64,000 bases of DNA from contig JALDTO010000206.1 in the NCBI GenBank assembly GCA_023515725.1, positions 454,189 to 518,188 of the forward strand. Direction: 5' to 3'. The stretch's first letter is position 1. Each line of letters starts with the position of its first letter. The notes beneath the pieces are model-generated. The model was not told the DNA's origin. It was given only the letters and a program-made list of their open reading frames with translations, and made no database searches. This DNA is from Amoeboaphelidium protococcarum X5 (taxonomy: Eukaryota > Fungi > Aphelidiomycota). Positions 40,255 to 50,979 of this stretch are shown piece after piece. Made by a program: the position numbers and the translations under genes.

Positions 40255-40390
40255 ATTTTAAACGATCCGACTTGGCGTTTAAACCGGTTTACACCCTAAA
40301 TCTCTCAGTGCAATTGTACAGTCTATTTCATCGGGTTGTCCGACAAACATTACTGTATATTTCAGGCGCGCCTTTCGGCGCGGCAATTCC
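40255..40390 (-). ncRNA. Candidate Fanzor omegaRNA scaffold (boundaries approximate)
   Basis: Overlaps and follows the Fanzor stop; hairpins CGCGCC-GAAA-GGCGCG (40367-40382), TACAGT..TCGG-ACAAC-CCGA..ACTGTA (40317-40357), GGTGT..ACGCC (40274-40295); the GNRA loop and G-U pairs occur on the minus strand. Confidence 0.55.
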
Positions 40391-42680
40391 ATTAAGGTCT
40401 GTAACCATGTATCGCGTAGTGGCGGACAATTTAAGCCATACTCCTGTAAGCATTAACGTCCCGATCTACGAACACGTCACTACCAGTGTTTTGGCAGTTT
40501 TGGCAAACTCCAAATCTTGATTGGACTCTTCGGTTAAAACGATCAGGACATTCGTGCGATAGGATTTCTGGACCATCAGCTTTGATGCAGACAGTTTGGG
40601 CTCGGTGACGACCTGGCAGAATCTTCTTTACCTTCTTGTCTCGACACTTCAGCACCACTTCATGCTCCCAATGGAGATCTGCATGACATATCGAGTGCTG
40701 CTTGCTAGTGTGGTACTCCGGCGTTATAACTACCAAGGCCCGGCGACTCAACTCAAACGCGAATTTTCTCACCGGAACAGGAGGATTACCACGCACGTGC
40801 TTCACACCAGCGTCACCAAGCGCAATTACTGGAGGCTTATCTGGAGGTAATAACGTGCCATGAGATTTACGTAGTTCGCGTTTCCTCTTCTTTGCAGCTC
40901 TACCTCTGTGCCGGTCGTTGATTTTAGGCACTGGCGGCTTTGGCCTGCCATGCATCATGTTGATGACATTACCAAACGCAGACTTTGTCGCGCAAAATCG
41001 GCGAAATCGCCAATTACGATGGAATGATTAAGAGTAGAAGACATAAACGTCCTCAAAGTATCTGATGTAGACACCAAGATACTACTGGCTATTGTTTGAC
41101 TAGGCCATCTCTTACTCCATCAGCGTGATTTCAGCTGGTTTGTTGTACTATAGGTGGGCCTCATATTCCGTGGTCAATGCCAGACGTTGCCAGTATCCAG
41201 AAGATATCCGACCAGTATCTTTGAACTCCCTCTTGGCATCTTTAAGCGTAGTCGCACCTTCGACATTCGCCTCATCGCCCCAGACCAGAACGTTCTTCTT
41301 ACCAGGGTCAATGCCAATTAATCTTGTACCATCCAATCGTTACGCTAGATTCCGGCAGTTCTCCAGAGCAAACGCACCAACATCCACTTGAGACACGTCA
41401 GTATTTCGCGCCTTTCTTTCCAGATCTTTAGCTTCGTTGGCATACGCCTTCCCACCTTGACCTGAAACTGAAACAGAGCACGCAAAACCATCAGAGCTGA
41501 TACTGACGTCTTAGGAATTCGCCATCCGCTGCTACAGACCTAAATATTTTAACTTCAAGATACATTGCTTCTCTTCCTCTTGCGTCTACACATTCTCCTC
41601 TTTCTCTTCAGACTGATCACCCAGGTGATATTGCCCAAACCCCCACTGAGCCAAAACTCTATTGTCAAAGCTGATGTGGCGCGGTACATCGGTACCAGTA
41701 GGGAAAATCTTGAATGATGACAAGCCCAGTTCCTTTAGAGTTTAACGCAAATACATCAGATATTGAACCAAAACTTTCTAGCCCTCCTGATTCTGAAATG
41801 CATGGTGTGCTCTTGATGGCATGTATGTGTGATGGGTATCACGCTACTTCAGCTTACCAGATTTCTATCTCTTGAAACCGATCGACCCTTTTAGCTGACG
41901 CGAGGACTCCTATTTTCTTTTACTATAGCGCTTTCTCGGAGCTTTGTCTTAAAAAGAAGTGGTGACAATATCCAATAAATGGTGGCGATGCAAGGAGACT
42001 AGGTGCCGAACTTCTTCAACCTATAACAATTGCAGCAACTCGTCCTTGATAGCAGCATCTTATTGCGCAATTGTCTCCTCATCTTCGCCAGCATCGTAAT
42101 CAGGAGGCAAATGGATCTATGTTGCGGGATCAATTTCCAAGTACTCGCCCCCAAAGTGTTCCATCGTGTTAACAGCTTCTTCAGTCAGCAGAGAGTTGAG
42201 CAGCTATAGAAACACGGTAAGCCTTCGGCCTTTTACATTAAGGGCCTCCATTTATGCTTTAATCTCCTTCTTCTAATACACCCATATGGTCTCTGTAAGA
42301 TGCCAAGAGATGGCCTGAATGATCTTGCGTGCTTGAAACACATACAAATTTGGATTTGGACCAATCAGGCTCTCGTGTCTCAATCTTTATCGCACTTCAG
42401 GAGCAATTGTTTCAGACAGCATTCGCGTGTGATCATTGTCGCGATGGAAAGTAGAGTTGCAGAGATACTCCAGCATTGACGCAAAATACTACTGATGAGA
42501 CAGTTCAGGTAGTGCCTTGCCAGCTTCATTCCAAACATTAAGGCAGAGGTAAATCAGACGCGAAGCAAAGGTGAGATGCACAGAGCTCAGCTGAATCTGT
42601 GATATCAATATCTCCTTATCACCATCGTCAAGATTAAAGACACTGTTTAGTTTGCATTTACGTGTAACTTTCTTTGCCAT
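40362..42680 (-). CDS. Fanzor1 (eukaryotic TnpB-like RNA-guided RuvC nuclease), 772 aa, intact
   Basis: No internal TGA, about 25 TAR-Gln codons; FKIFP...RHISFD, ISSDGFACSV, RuvC-I LIGIDPG (D at 41307-41309), RuvC-II ITPEYHTSK (E at 40716-40718), zinc ligands HSIC...CQNC, RuvC-III DRDVNA (D at 40458-40460). Confidence 0.9.
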
Positions 42681-43328
42681 TTCTTCCCTATGGGAAATAA
42701 AATAAGAATGAGGAAGAAGAAATAATGAACTGTCTGGCGCTTTTATAGGCGTAAATAAGTAATAATTGGATTTACGATAGCAAGCCACATTAAGTAACGT
42801 GGAAATTCAATTTTTTGCACTTTATGGAAAACAATCATGATTTAAAGAGCTGCAATAGCAAATAGAAAAAGATTTACGCCACTATTATCCAGACTACTAT
42901 AATAGTTTATTGACGGCATTGATCGTAATGCGTGACTAGGAAGAGTATGTAATAGAAAGAGCTTTTACGGCATTAAAGGTGTCACGTAAGTCACCAAGAC
43001 TTGCCTTAATTACGCGTATATTTTGGCATAGCAAGTCCGAATTGTAACTATTGTAGGAAAGTTCATCAAAACTCCGTCGTTTTTTGAAACTGTTCATATT
43101 TTTTCCCCTTGGATCGGACATTTTGCTGAAACGGACTGTAACTTACTCGCTCAAACATTGCGCGCCGTCTCTCGTTCAACCTTAACGCGTCGTCGTCGGC
43201 TTTCTCTTTCGTCAGATTTTGATCAAAGCAATTACACTGAGACCCCTTGCTTGATTTTCACAAATTTTAGTTCTTTTCCACATTTTTCCTGCAATAAGCC
43301 AATTCGTCAGAATATTATAATAAAGAAA

Positions 43329-45279
43329 ATGACTGGATTATCTTTGAAGAGTGCCTTAATGTCTGTTGGCGCGTTGCTTTCCGTCTCGCTGGTTGGATAC
43401 GCTGTATATTTTGATTATCGTAGACGTAATGATACCGAATTTCGTCGATCCATCATGAAGAGTAAGAAGCTGGTAGAGTAGAAGTAGTAAGAGGAGGAGA
43501 AGTAAAAGCAGGAAGAGCTGCTTGAGTCGCTCCAGAAGGCTATGGATCTGGTGAAGGCGATTGAATATCCATAGAGTGCTGATGAGCGCGAAAGATTTTT
43601 CATGGCTCAGATTCAGGCTGGTGAGAAGGCGTATCTCACTGGTGCTCCTGTGCACGAATCTGCAGCTTACTTCTATGCAGCTGTAAAGATTTGTCCTAAT
43701 CAGATGGAGTTACTGATGATCTTGTAGAAAACTGCTCCTGCCGATGTTGTGAGTCTGGTGTACGCTATGGTGACGTCAGAGGTAAGTCAGGCCGAGCTGG
43801 CAGGCGGTGTGAGTGGTGGGAAAAAGTCGCAGGGTGGAATGCAAGTTTAGCCTTAAATTGTCACTCTGGATTGAAGAGGGTACCCACCCGTTTATCATTT
43901 ATCGTATTTTATGTTAGTATTAGCTATGCGCGTGGTTTAACATACAATAGATGGAGTATATAATTCATAAAGGCTAATCTTGCATTTCGCTTTGACTTTG
44001 ACTTCTCCCCTCATGCAATGGCTGTTCATCACTCTTCGCACCGCCTGTCTAGCCATTAGTTCATTAATATTTATAACTATTAGTATCGTCATCATCATCT
44101 TTATATACTCGTTATGTGTAGGAGTAAACTAGTATGTCTGATTATTTTAAGCGTCTGTGCAGTAAATATCCAACGGTTGGTATTAAGGCGCGTCACTTTG
44201 AATCTTCAGATCCTGAGCAGCCAAAGAAGGTACTGTATAGCTTAGTGGCAGCGCGTGATCTTAAGGCTGATGATGTTATTTACATTGAAGATCCAACAGT
44301 CTCCGTGCTGAATATCAAAACTATGCAAAGTGGACAGTATTGTCACAATTCTTTGGAGTACTTGCCTGAGAGTGAGAGCGGAGATTTCGAGAAGATGATT
44401 TCGTGTGAACTGTGTCGCGATAAAGCTGTATTTAGCACCACTGCTGATATGGAACGTGCCATGGGAGAGTATCATACGATTTTGTGTCCTGGTAGTTCAG
44501 CATGTCCTTAAGCAAAAGTGCTGTATGATTATTGTGTTGCCAATCAATGCACTTATCCAATGATGGTTGCCAAATTTATGGCTAGAATGGTGTGGAAGCA
44601 GACTGTGCTTGCCTAGACGTAGAAGAATGCCTCCCAAGAGGCTTAGTTGTTGGAAGAGTGGGAGCATTTGGAGCGTCTGCCAGTTCACTAATTGGATGTT
44701 CAAGATGAGGCTTTGATTAAGGAGGCTGAGATGGTACGCGATGTTCTGAAGTCTGCTGCACCGAATGCCGACAAGTTTCTGACTGTTTAGCGTTACGCTG
44801 CTATTAAAGGTGCCTTCATCTATAATAGTGTCGGTATTGTGCCCGAGAGTGAAAATGCTGTCGAGGAATCTTTGGCAACCTCCAACCAGACCTCAGAGTT
44901 CTTGCCGCGTTCATCTTATTCACCTGGCCAAGTTATTGGATCAGGATTGTACTTTGTCACATCTTATGCTTCCCACTCTTGTACTCCTAATGCTGTTGCG
45001 TCTTACAAGTTTGCCCATACCCGTCGCCATAAGTACAAGTCTGATCCACTGCACACGTCTGTTAGTCCAAAGTTGGTTCTGCGTGCATCCTAGGATATCA
45101 AGGAAGGAGAGCTAATCACTATGGCGTATGTTGAATGCCACAATAACACTTCGCTGGAGAATCGCTGGGTCCAGTTGATCCGTACTTGGGGAGAGGCGTG
45201 CATTTGCACCAAGTGTAAAGATGAGGAGTAGAAGTTGATGGAGAATATCAATACTGAAACTTCAGTAGCTGGGCGTTGA
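43329..45279 (+). CDS. TOM20: Mitochondrial import receptor Tom20; splicing of intron 43782-44121 fuses it to a SMYD-like SET domain (536 aa); unspliced form ends at 43874 (181 aa)
   Basis: GYAVYFDYRRRNDTEFRR (MAS20); GAG|GTAAGT...TGTAG|GAG in-frame phase-0 join; exon 2 has LVAARDL, GSGLY..SYASHSCTPNA, DIKEGELITMAY, CICTKC. Confidence 0.85.
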
Positions 45280-45385
45280 TTATATCGGTTTTGCACATTG
45301 GATATTGCGAGCTGAGTTGAATCCGTGATATAAATTGAATAAATAGTTTAGAGAGATAAAATCAGTTTTGAGAATTCAATTAACA

Positions 45386-46630
45386 TCATTTCATTAGCGA
45401 CAACCTACCTTTACAGAGACCGCAGACTTTCGCAGTGATGTCAATACTCCTCGAGTGCCTGCCATATATATGCCCACATTCTTCATTGATACAGACATAG
45501 TTGTACTTGTAAGTTATTTCATAGTCGTGCTTAATGGGAACCTTAATTACCAAATCTGCATCAAACACTTGGCTATTGTAATGACCTTCAAATAAAGATG
45601 CGTAGTGTTTGAACCATTTCCCATGCGGTGGTTGATTAAGATCATTAAAAACCCATACTGCCAAGTGACACATCTCTACATTGATTGAAGATGAGCAGTT
45701 AATCGTATTTATTTGTAGCATAAACGTTTAGAATTTCAATGTAATCCTACCGTGAGCTAAAGTTTCTCGAAGCTTTCGCTTAGTGTCCAAGATCTTCTAT
45801 GACAATGTTATGCTACACCGAGTGGACGCCTTTTAATACTCTGCACTTCCAGCTGTCTTGCGCAAAGTTTTGGACCATTTCAATTCAACATTCTCAAGTT
45901 TACCATCATATATAGTCTAGTTGAACTCATCAAAATATTCCGCAGCTAATTTGTGTTGATCTCGCGTTGATAGAGCTTTCACTTATACTTTCTATTGGTG
46001 GAACAACAGCTTCCTTACTGATGCAGGTGTGTTGATGGGGCTATCAATCAATTTCTTTTATAGAGGAGTCTTTGGAGGCTAGTTGAACACGTCCGACCAG
46101 TCAGATATACGCTTATTCTGAGGCTTTAGAGATGATTTTGGAATATTAATTTCCAGGTGAGCATTCTCATTTGCTTAATCATCATTATCATCTTCAGAAT
46201 CGCTGCTAATCACTGTCATCTTTTTCATACTCTTCACGATAATATCAGCTTAATCATCAGATTCAACCTCTTCTTGAAGGTCACCTCTGGAATCAGAATT
46301 TAGGTTTGGATTATCTGCAATGTCATCACCACCTTACTCAGTTAGATCGATTATATAGGATACAGCATCATAAAATGTATCGCTATCAAATCCACCATTA
46401 GTTTCAGCATATCTACGACGTGTATTATCCTCCGCCTCAGAGTCAGAGTCTTGCAAAACTATAATACTAAATCTTTTCTATCTATCCGCAATATCCACAG
46501 TTTAATCCGTTATTGTACCTTCTTTATCATCATAATCCTTCCTGAATGTTGTTGTTTCAAATTCATCTTCTTACGTGCAATGGATGAAGTTACTACCATC
46601 ATCGTTCTCCACTAGAAAAGCTTCAGACAT
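45386..46630 (-). CDS. GCNA/ACRC-like SprT metalloprotease with acidic N-terminus (intron 45676-45750)
   Basis: IEWSKTLRKTAG, TLAHEMCHLA (split by the intron), HGKWFK, YVCINEECG..YGRHSRSI..CGLCKG. Confidence 0.85.
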
Positions 46631-47248
46631 TCGCTTCAATTTAAACTTTTAATTCTGAACTTAGAGATTAGACGGTGCATTTTAATCCTGCAGTGCATCT
46701 TACTCATTTCTCACCAAAGGTTTACTATTGCAAGTCTTCTCAAAGGTTTCAACATTGTTCTCGACGTTACTCACTGTCTGCATCTGAGGCGCTTACAATT
46801 AAGAGCGGATGTTCTTCTTCTTCTTTTACGGTGTCGCAGATGCTATCGGAGTCCTTACCTCTCGGACCATCTTTTAAACAAAATCTTTGTCTTTATCTTG
46901 AGAACTTGAGAGCCAAACGACAAAGGATTAAGAACGTAACAAGAGCAGTGGATACAATCTTTACAAACAATAAGAACTGAGATGGGATATATAATATATA
47001 TACGGGTAGCAGCGATAATAGCTCAGAAATAACCAACAGTTTCACCTCATTTTGTTTGAAACAAGGCGCGCTGTTTTAACGCATTACCCGCCGCTCTTCA
47101 ACTGTTCTCTTAGTGACAATTTCGTTCTTTCACCAAGACGCGCGTCGTTCTTTCTCTCTTGTTTTAAATTCCGACAATCACTAAGCAAGTAATTAAGACT
47201 TTCTTACCGTACTTGGGAGCACATACATAACATTTATACAGTTTAAAT

Positions 47249-48211
47249 ATGACAAATCAGCACTAGGGATTGGGAAAACATGATCAAGTTTGGGATTTGA
47301 AGGTGAGTGAGCTAGTTAAGGATTAGAAGCCGGTGGTGATTGATTCAGAGATGAAAGTTGAGGAGGCTGCAATGATTCTGGTGGAGAACTCCATTAGCAG
47401 TGCCCCTGTGTATAACGCAAAGAAGAAGGCGTATGTCGGCATGTTTGACTACTAGGACTTGGTGGCGTACCTGCTGAAAGTTCATGAAGAGAAGACTATT
47501 AAGGAGGGAGAAGAGTTGAAGATTTCGGAGGCTGTGCGCAGAGGAATGTCTAATCATGGCATGGTTGAGGTGAAGCTGGTCTCTGACCTGTCTGACAACA
47601 ATCCGTTCTACACCATCACTCATGACACTAGTTTGCGTGAGGTCATGTCTGTATTTAGTTAGGATATCCATCGCGTTGTCGTCATGAAGGAGTCTGAGTT
47701 GATTGGAGTACTGACACAGTCGAATGTTATGGCTCACCTGTTCAAGAATGCTGGTAATCAGTTGCCTGCTTTCCGTAAGAGTCTATCTGAACTTAAAGTT
47801 GTCAACGAGAGCATCTAGTCCATTGCGGCTGAGTCGTCCACCTGGTCCGCGATGTCTCTAATGCACAAGAACAAGCGCACCTCTCTCCCAATCCTGGATA
47901 AGAATGGTTCCATTGTTGGTTCAGTCTCGCTTTCTGATATTAAATATGCTTTGAAGCGCTACAATTTCACCCTGTTGCATAAGCCAGTGTTTCAGTTTGT
48001 GTAGTATGTTCGTAATGCGTAAGGTGTAGAAGCTGGACAGGATCGATTCCCAGTGTTTGAAGTTGGTCAGAATGATCATCTGTCTCTGGCTGTCGGCAAA
48101 ATGGTGGCCACTCGTGCACACCGCGTCTGGGTTGTGAACTAGAACAGAAAATGTGTTGGATGTGTATCTCTGACTGATGCCCTGAAAGTTTTAGTTCCTG
48201 ATAGTTAATGA
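47249..48211 (+). CDS. CBS-domain protein, Sds23 / AMPK-gamma-like (320 aa)
   Basis: ENSISSAPV..YVGMFDY, IHRVVV, GSVSLSDIK, FPVF..KMVATRAHRVWV..VSLTD. Confidence 0.8.
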
Positions 48212-48454
48212 ACAATCTCGATGTTTACAAGTATTGTGTGTACCTGAGTATGGGGATGTAATTTTTGCTCGTATGAATTCTATTCTAATATGATTTAAAA
48301 AAATTGAACTTTGTAATATTTTTTGATTGCTTTGAATATAGCAGCCTTTCTAAATGTAAGAACGAAGACATCTTGAAAATTTATCATTAAAAAAAATTTG
48401 AATATATTTCAGTTAAAAGATGCCAGAGTTAAAAGACTTGGCCATAGAGTAGTT

Positions 48455-49501
48455 TCAGTAATCAGAGTCATCATCAGTTGACTGGTTCAGTCTAGATTCA
48501 ATACAAGTGATGCAAGTGCATAGATTGTCATCCGAATCTTGGTATCCATCGGTATCATCATCATCGTCGTCGTCATCATCAGTGTCTTCATCATCAGAGT
48601 TCTCCTCAGAGTCATCATCTTCACTTATATCATCAGATGGATATGATAAGCCATGAAGTTCTCTGACCATTTGATCGCCATCTTCATCACCGCTACTGTC
48701 GCTGCTGCTAATATCGCTGGTACCATTGTCATTATCATTATTCGCATTACTTTACCCAACATTTAAATCATTCATCCAACTTGCACCTTAGGCAGCTCCA
48801 GAGCCAGAGATGATACCAATCCATTGCTCTGGAGTTAGTGAAGCAAGAGCAGCATTCTGCTATTAGGTACTAATATAATCATCATCATCATCATCACCAG
48901 AGTCGGCTGTTGGACTTCTAGCAAATCGAGAACTTGACCGGGCAATTTCAGCAGAGTCACACTCTTCAACTGGTGGAACAAGTGCATTTCTTCTTCTCAT
49001 TATTACTGGAAAAGTTGGATAGATACCGTCAGTTTCATGTCTTCTTTCTCTTTCATACTCTTTTAATTGATTCAACAGTTTTATCGCTTCTGGATCATTC
49101 TCAGATTCGGCAGCAATTTCAAGTCGACTCTTCTTTTTAGGTGGAATTCCAGGGACCTGAGAGTGCACGTTTCTTGACTCAATAGACATACGAAGGGACG
49201 CCTCAGCAAATTGCCTGCCACGTCTGCGTCTGATCGTGGGCAAGTTATTATTCCGGCTCAGAAAAGCATCGTAACGGCCAGAGTGTACAATTCTACCACC
49301 ATAGCTGGAGGCAAAGAAGCTGAAAGGATCAGCAGCTCTATTTGACTAGAACGCACCACGCTTCTTCTACTCAGAATACCAGGAAGTTGATTTATCTACT
49401 ACATGTAAAACAACAACGATAAATATTCGAATTTAAATGGAGATGAGTAACAACTTACATTTCCTCTTTGTAGTTCTACTGTCTGAAATTAGTCTTCCCA
49501 T
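48455..49501 (-). CDS. Hypothetical acidic low-complexity protein (one 5' intron)
   Basis: ATG 49501, GTAAGT donor near 49458, supplied fragments join with TAR=Gln, ends TGA 48455. Confidence 0.55.
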
Positions 49502-50008
49502 TGTTTAAAAATAAATTTTTACTAGATTTGATGAATTATGACAGGTAGGTGCACAACAGTTGTAACAGAGAATGAAACTGTTTCTAGAATAGCTCAGTGT
49601 TAATAAATAACACGAAAGAGTTGAAACAGACGTCCGTGTATTGGTTTCCTCGCTAGTTTGAAACAAAAGGCTTGCAGCTGTGTTCTGAGTGATGAGACTT
49701 TTTATAGTCGACTCTTTCCCATTTCATTCGTTCGTTCACTGATTTGAAAAAATCGCGTCATTACCTCACTTACCGTTCAAACTATCTCGTACTGTATATT
49801 GTGACTTACTGACAAGAATCACCCGTCCGCATATAAGATCACCATGATACATGCGTTCAGGATAAAAAGTTTAATGAACACAATATGAGCCGTATTTTCA
49901 CTTGTAAATTTTAGGTGCACGTCCGAATTGATCAGAAAACTACTCAAACTCACTCCTCTCTCTCTTTATCGCTACAATAAAAGCGAAATCTTGAACACAA
50001 CGAGAAAA

Positions 50009-50743
50009 ATGATCAAACCGAGGCATAGAGATGATGGAAATACTGATGCCAGTAGGAAGGAGGCTACTATTGAGGAAAAACTACATGCTCTGAGGGTACT
50101 CAATGATACTGATAAAATGTCGGTGGAAGTCCACAAATCCTAGCCTAAAGTCTCTGTCGATTCTCTTCAGTCAATGTTGAGTTAGGCGATTCACAGTAAA
50201 GATGTGAAAATGCTGGAAGAATGTCTGGCTGTACAAGATTAAAAAGTCATCACCAAAACAGTATATAAGCTGCCATCTAAGCACGTCGTGCCGTTACTTG
50301 AGCATATAATGACGCGATTTCAGTCTAGATATACTCGGTCTCTATCACTGACCAGATGGTTACGCGTCATCTTAGTCGTGCATATGGCATAATTGATATC
50401 ATAGCCTTAGTTGGTGGAAAAGCTTGCTAAACTGCAATAAGCTGTTGATTATCGCGCTTAGAACTATGAGAATATGATCAAACTGATGGGAAGACTCGAT
50501 GTGATTGATCAGTAAATGAAAATCAGGCAAGAAATCAATGAGTTAAACTCTTCAAAATTGGGCTAGTTATAAGAGCCAGAGGTTGAGTACAATGAGGATT
50601 ACTTTGACGGTGATTAGCAGTCAGATGACGATGAGTCTATTTAGAGCAGTGACAGTGAAGGTTCCAATGCTATTGAAAGTGAGGACGTACTTTTAGATGG
50701 TAATGTCTTGACGGACGATGATCAATACAGTGATTTCGAGTGA
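50009..50743 (+). CDS. Utp12-domain SSU processome protein (UTP5-like; 244 aa)
   Basis: SLQSMLSQAIHSKDVKMLEECL...VVPLL...WLRVILVVH...KLMGRLD; acidic tail. Confidence 0.8.
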
Positions 50744-50979
50744 ATATTTAACTAGTTGATTATATTAAATAGTATTTAAATCACATTTTGAATTATTTCT
50801 GTTGCAGATTAATTGAAAATTACTACATCTCACAATACAGTATCCACCGATGTAATAAGCGCTGTAGATTGAAGCCATAAAATGACCCGCCGATCGTTTC
50901 AGTTTCAGTTTCAAACGTTAGCAGGTTGTTCTTCCGCTATTATTGCACTGTGCGATACTTGTAAATCTAAAGTCTAATA

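Noticed and set aside
40255-43125. Terminal inverted repeats or TSD delimiting the Fanzor element
   Set aside because: Only 5-6 bp or gapped matches found (e.g. TCCGA), not distinguishable from chance
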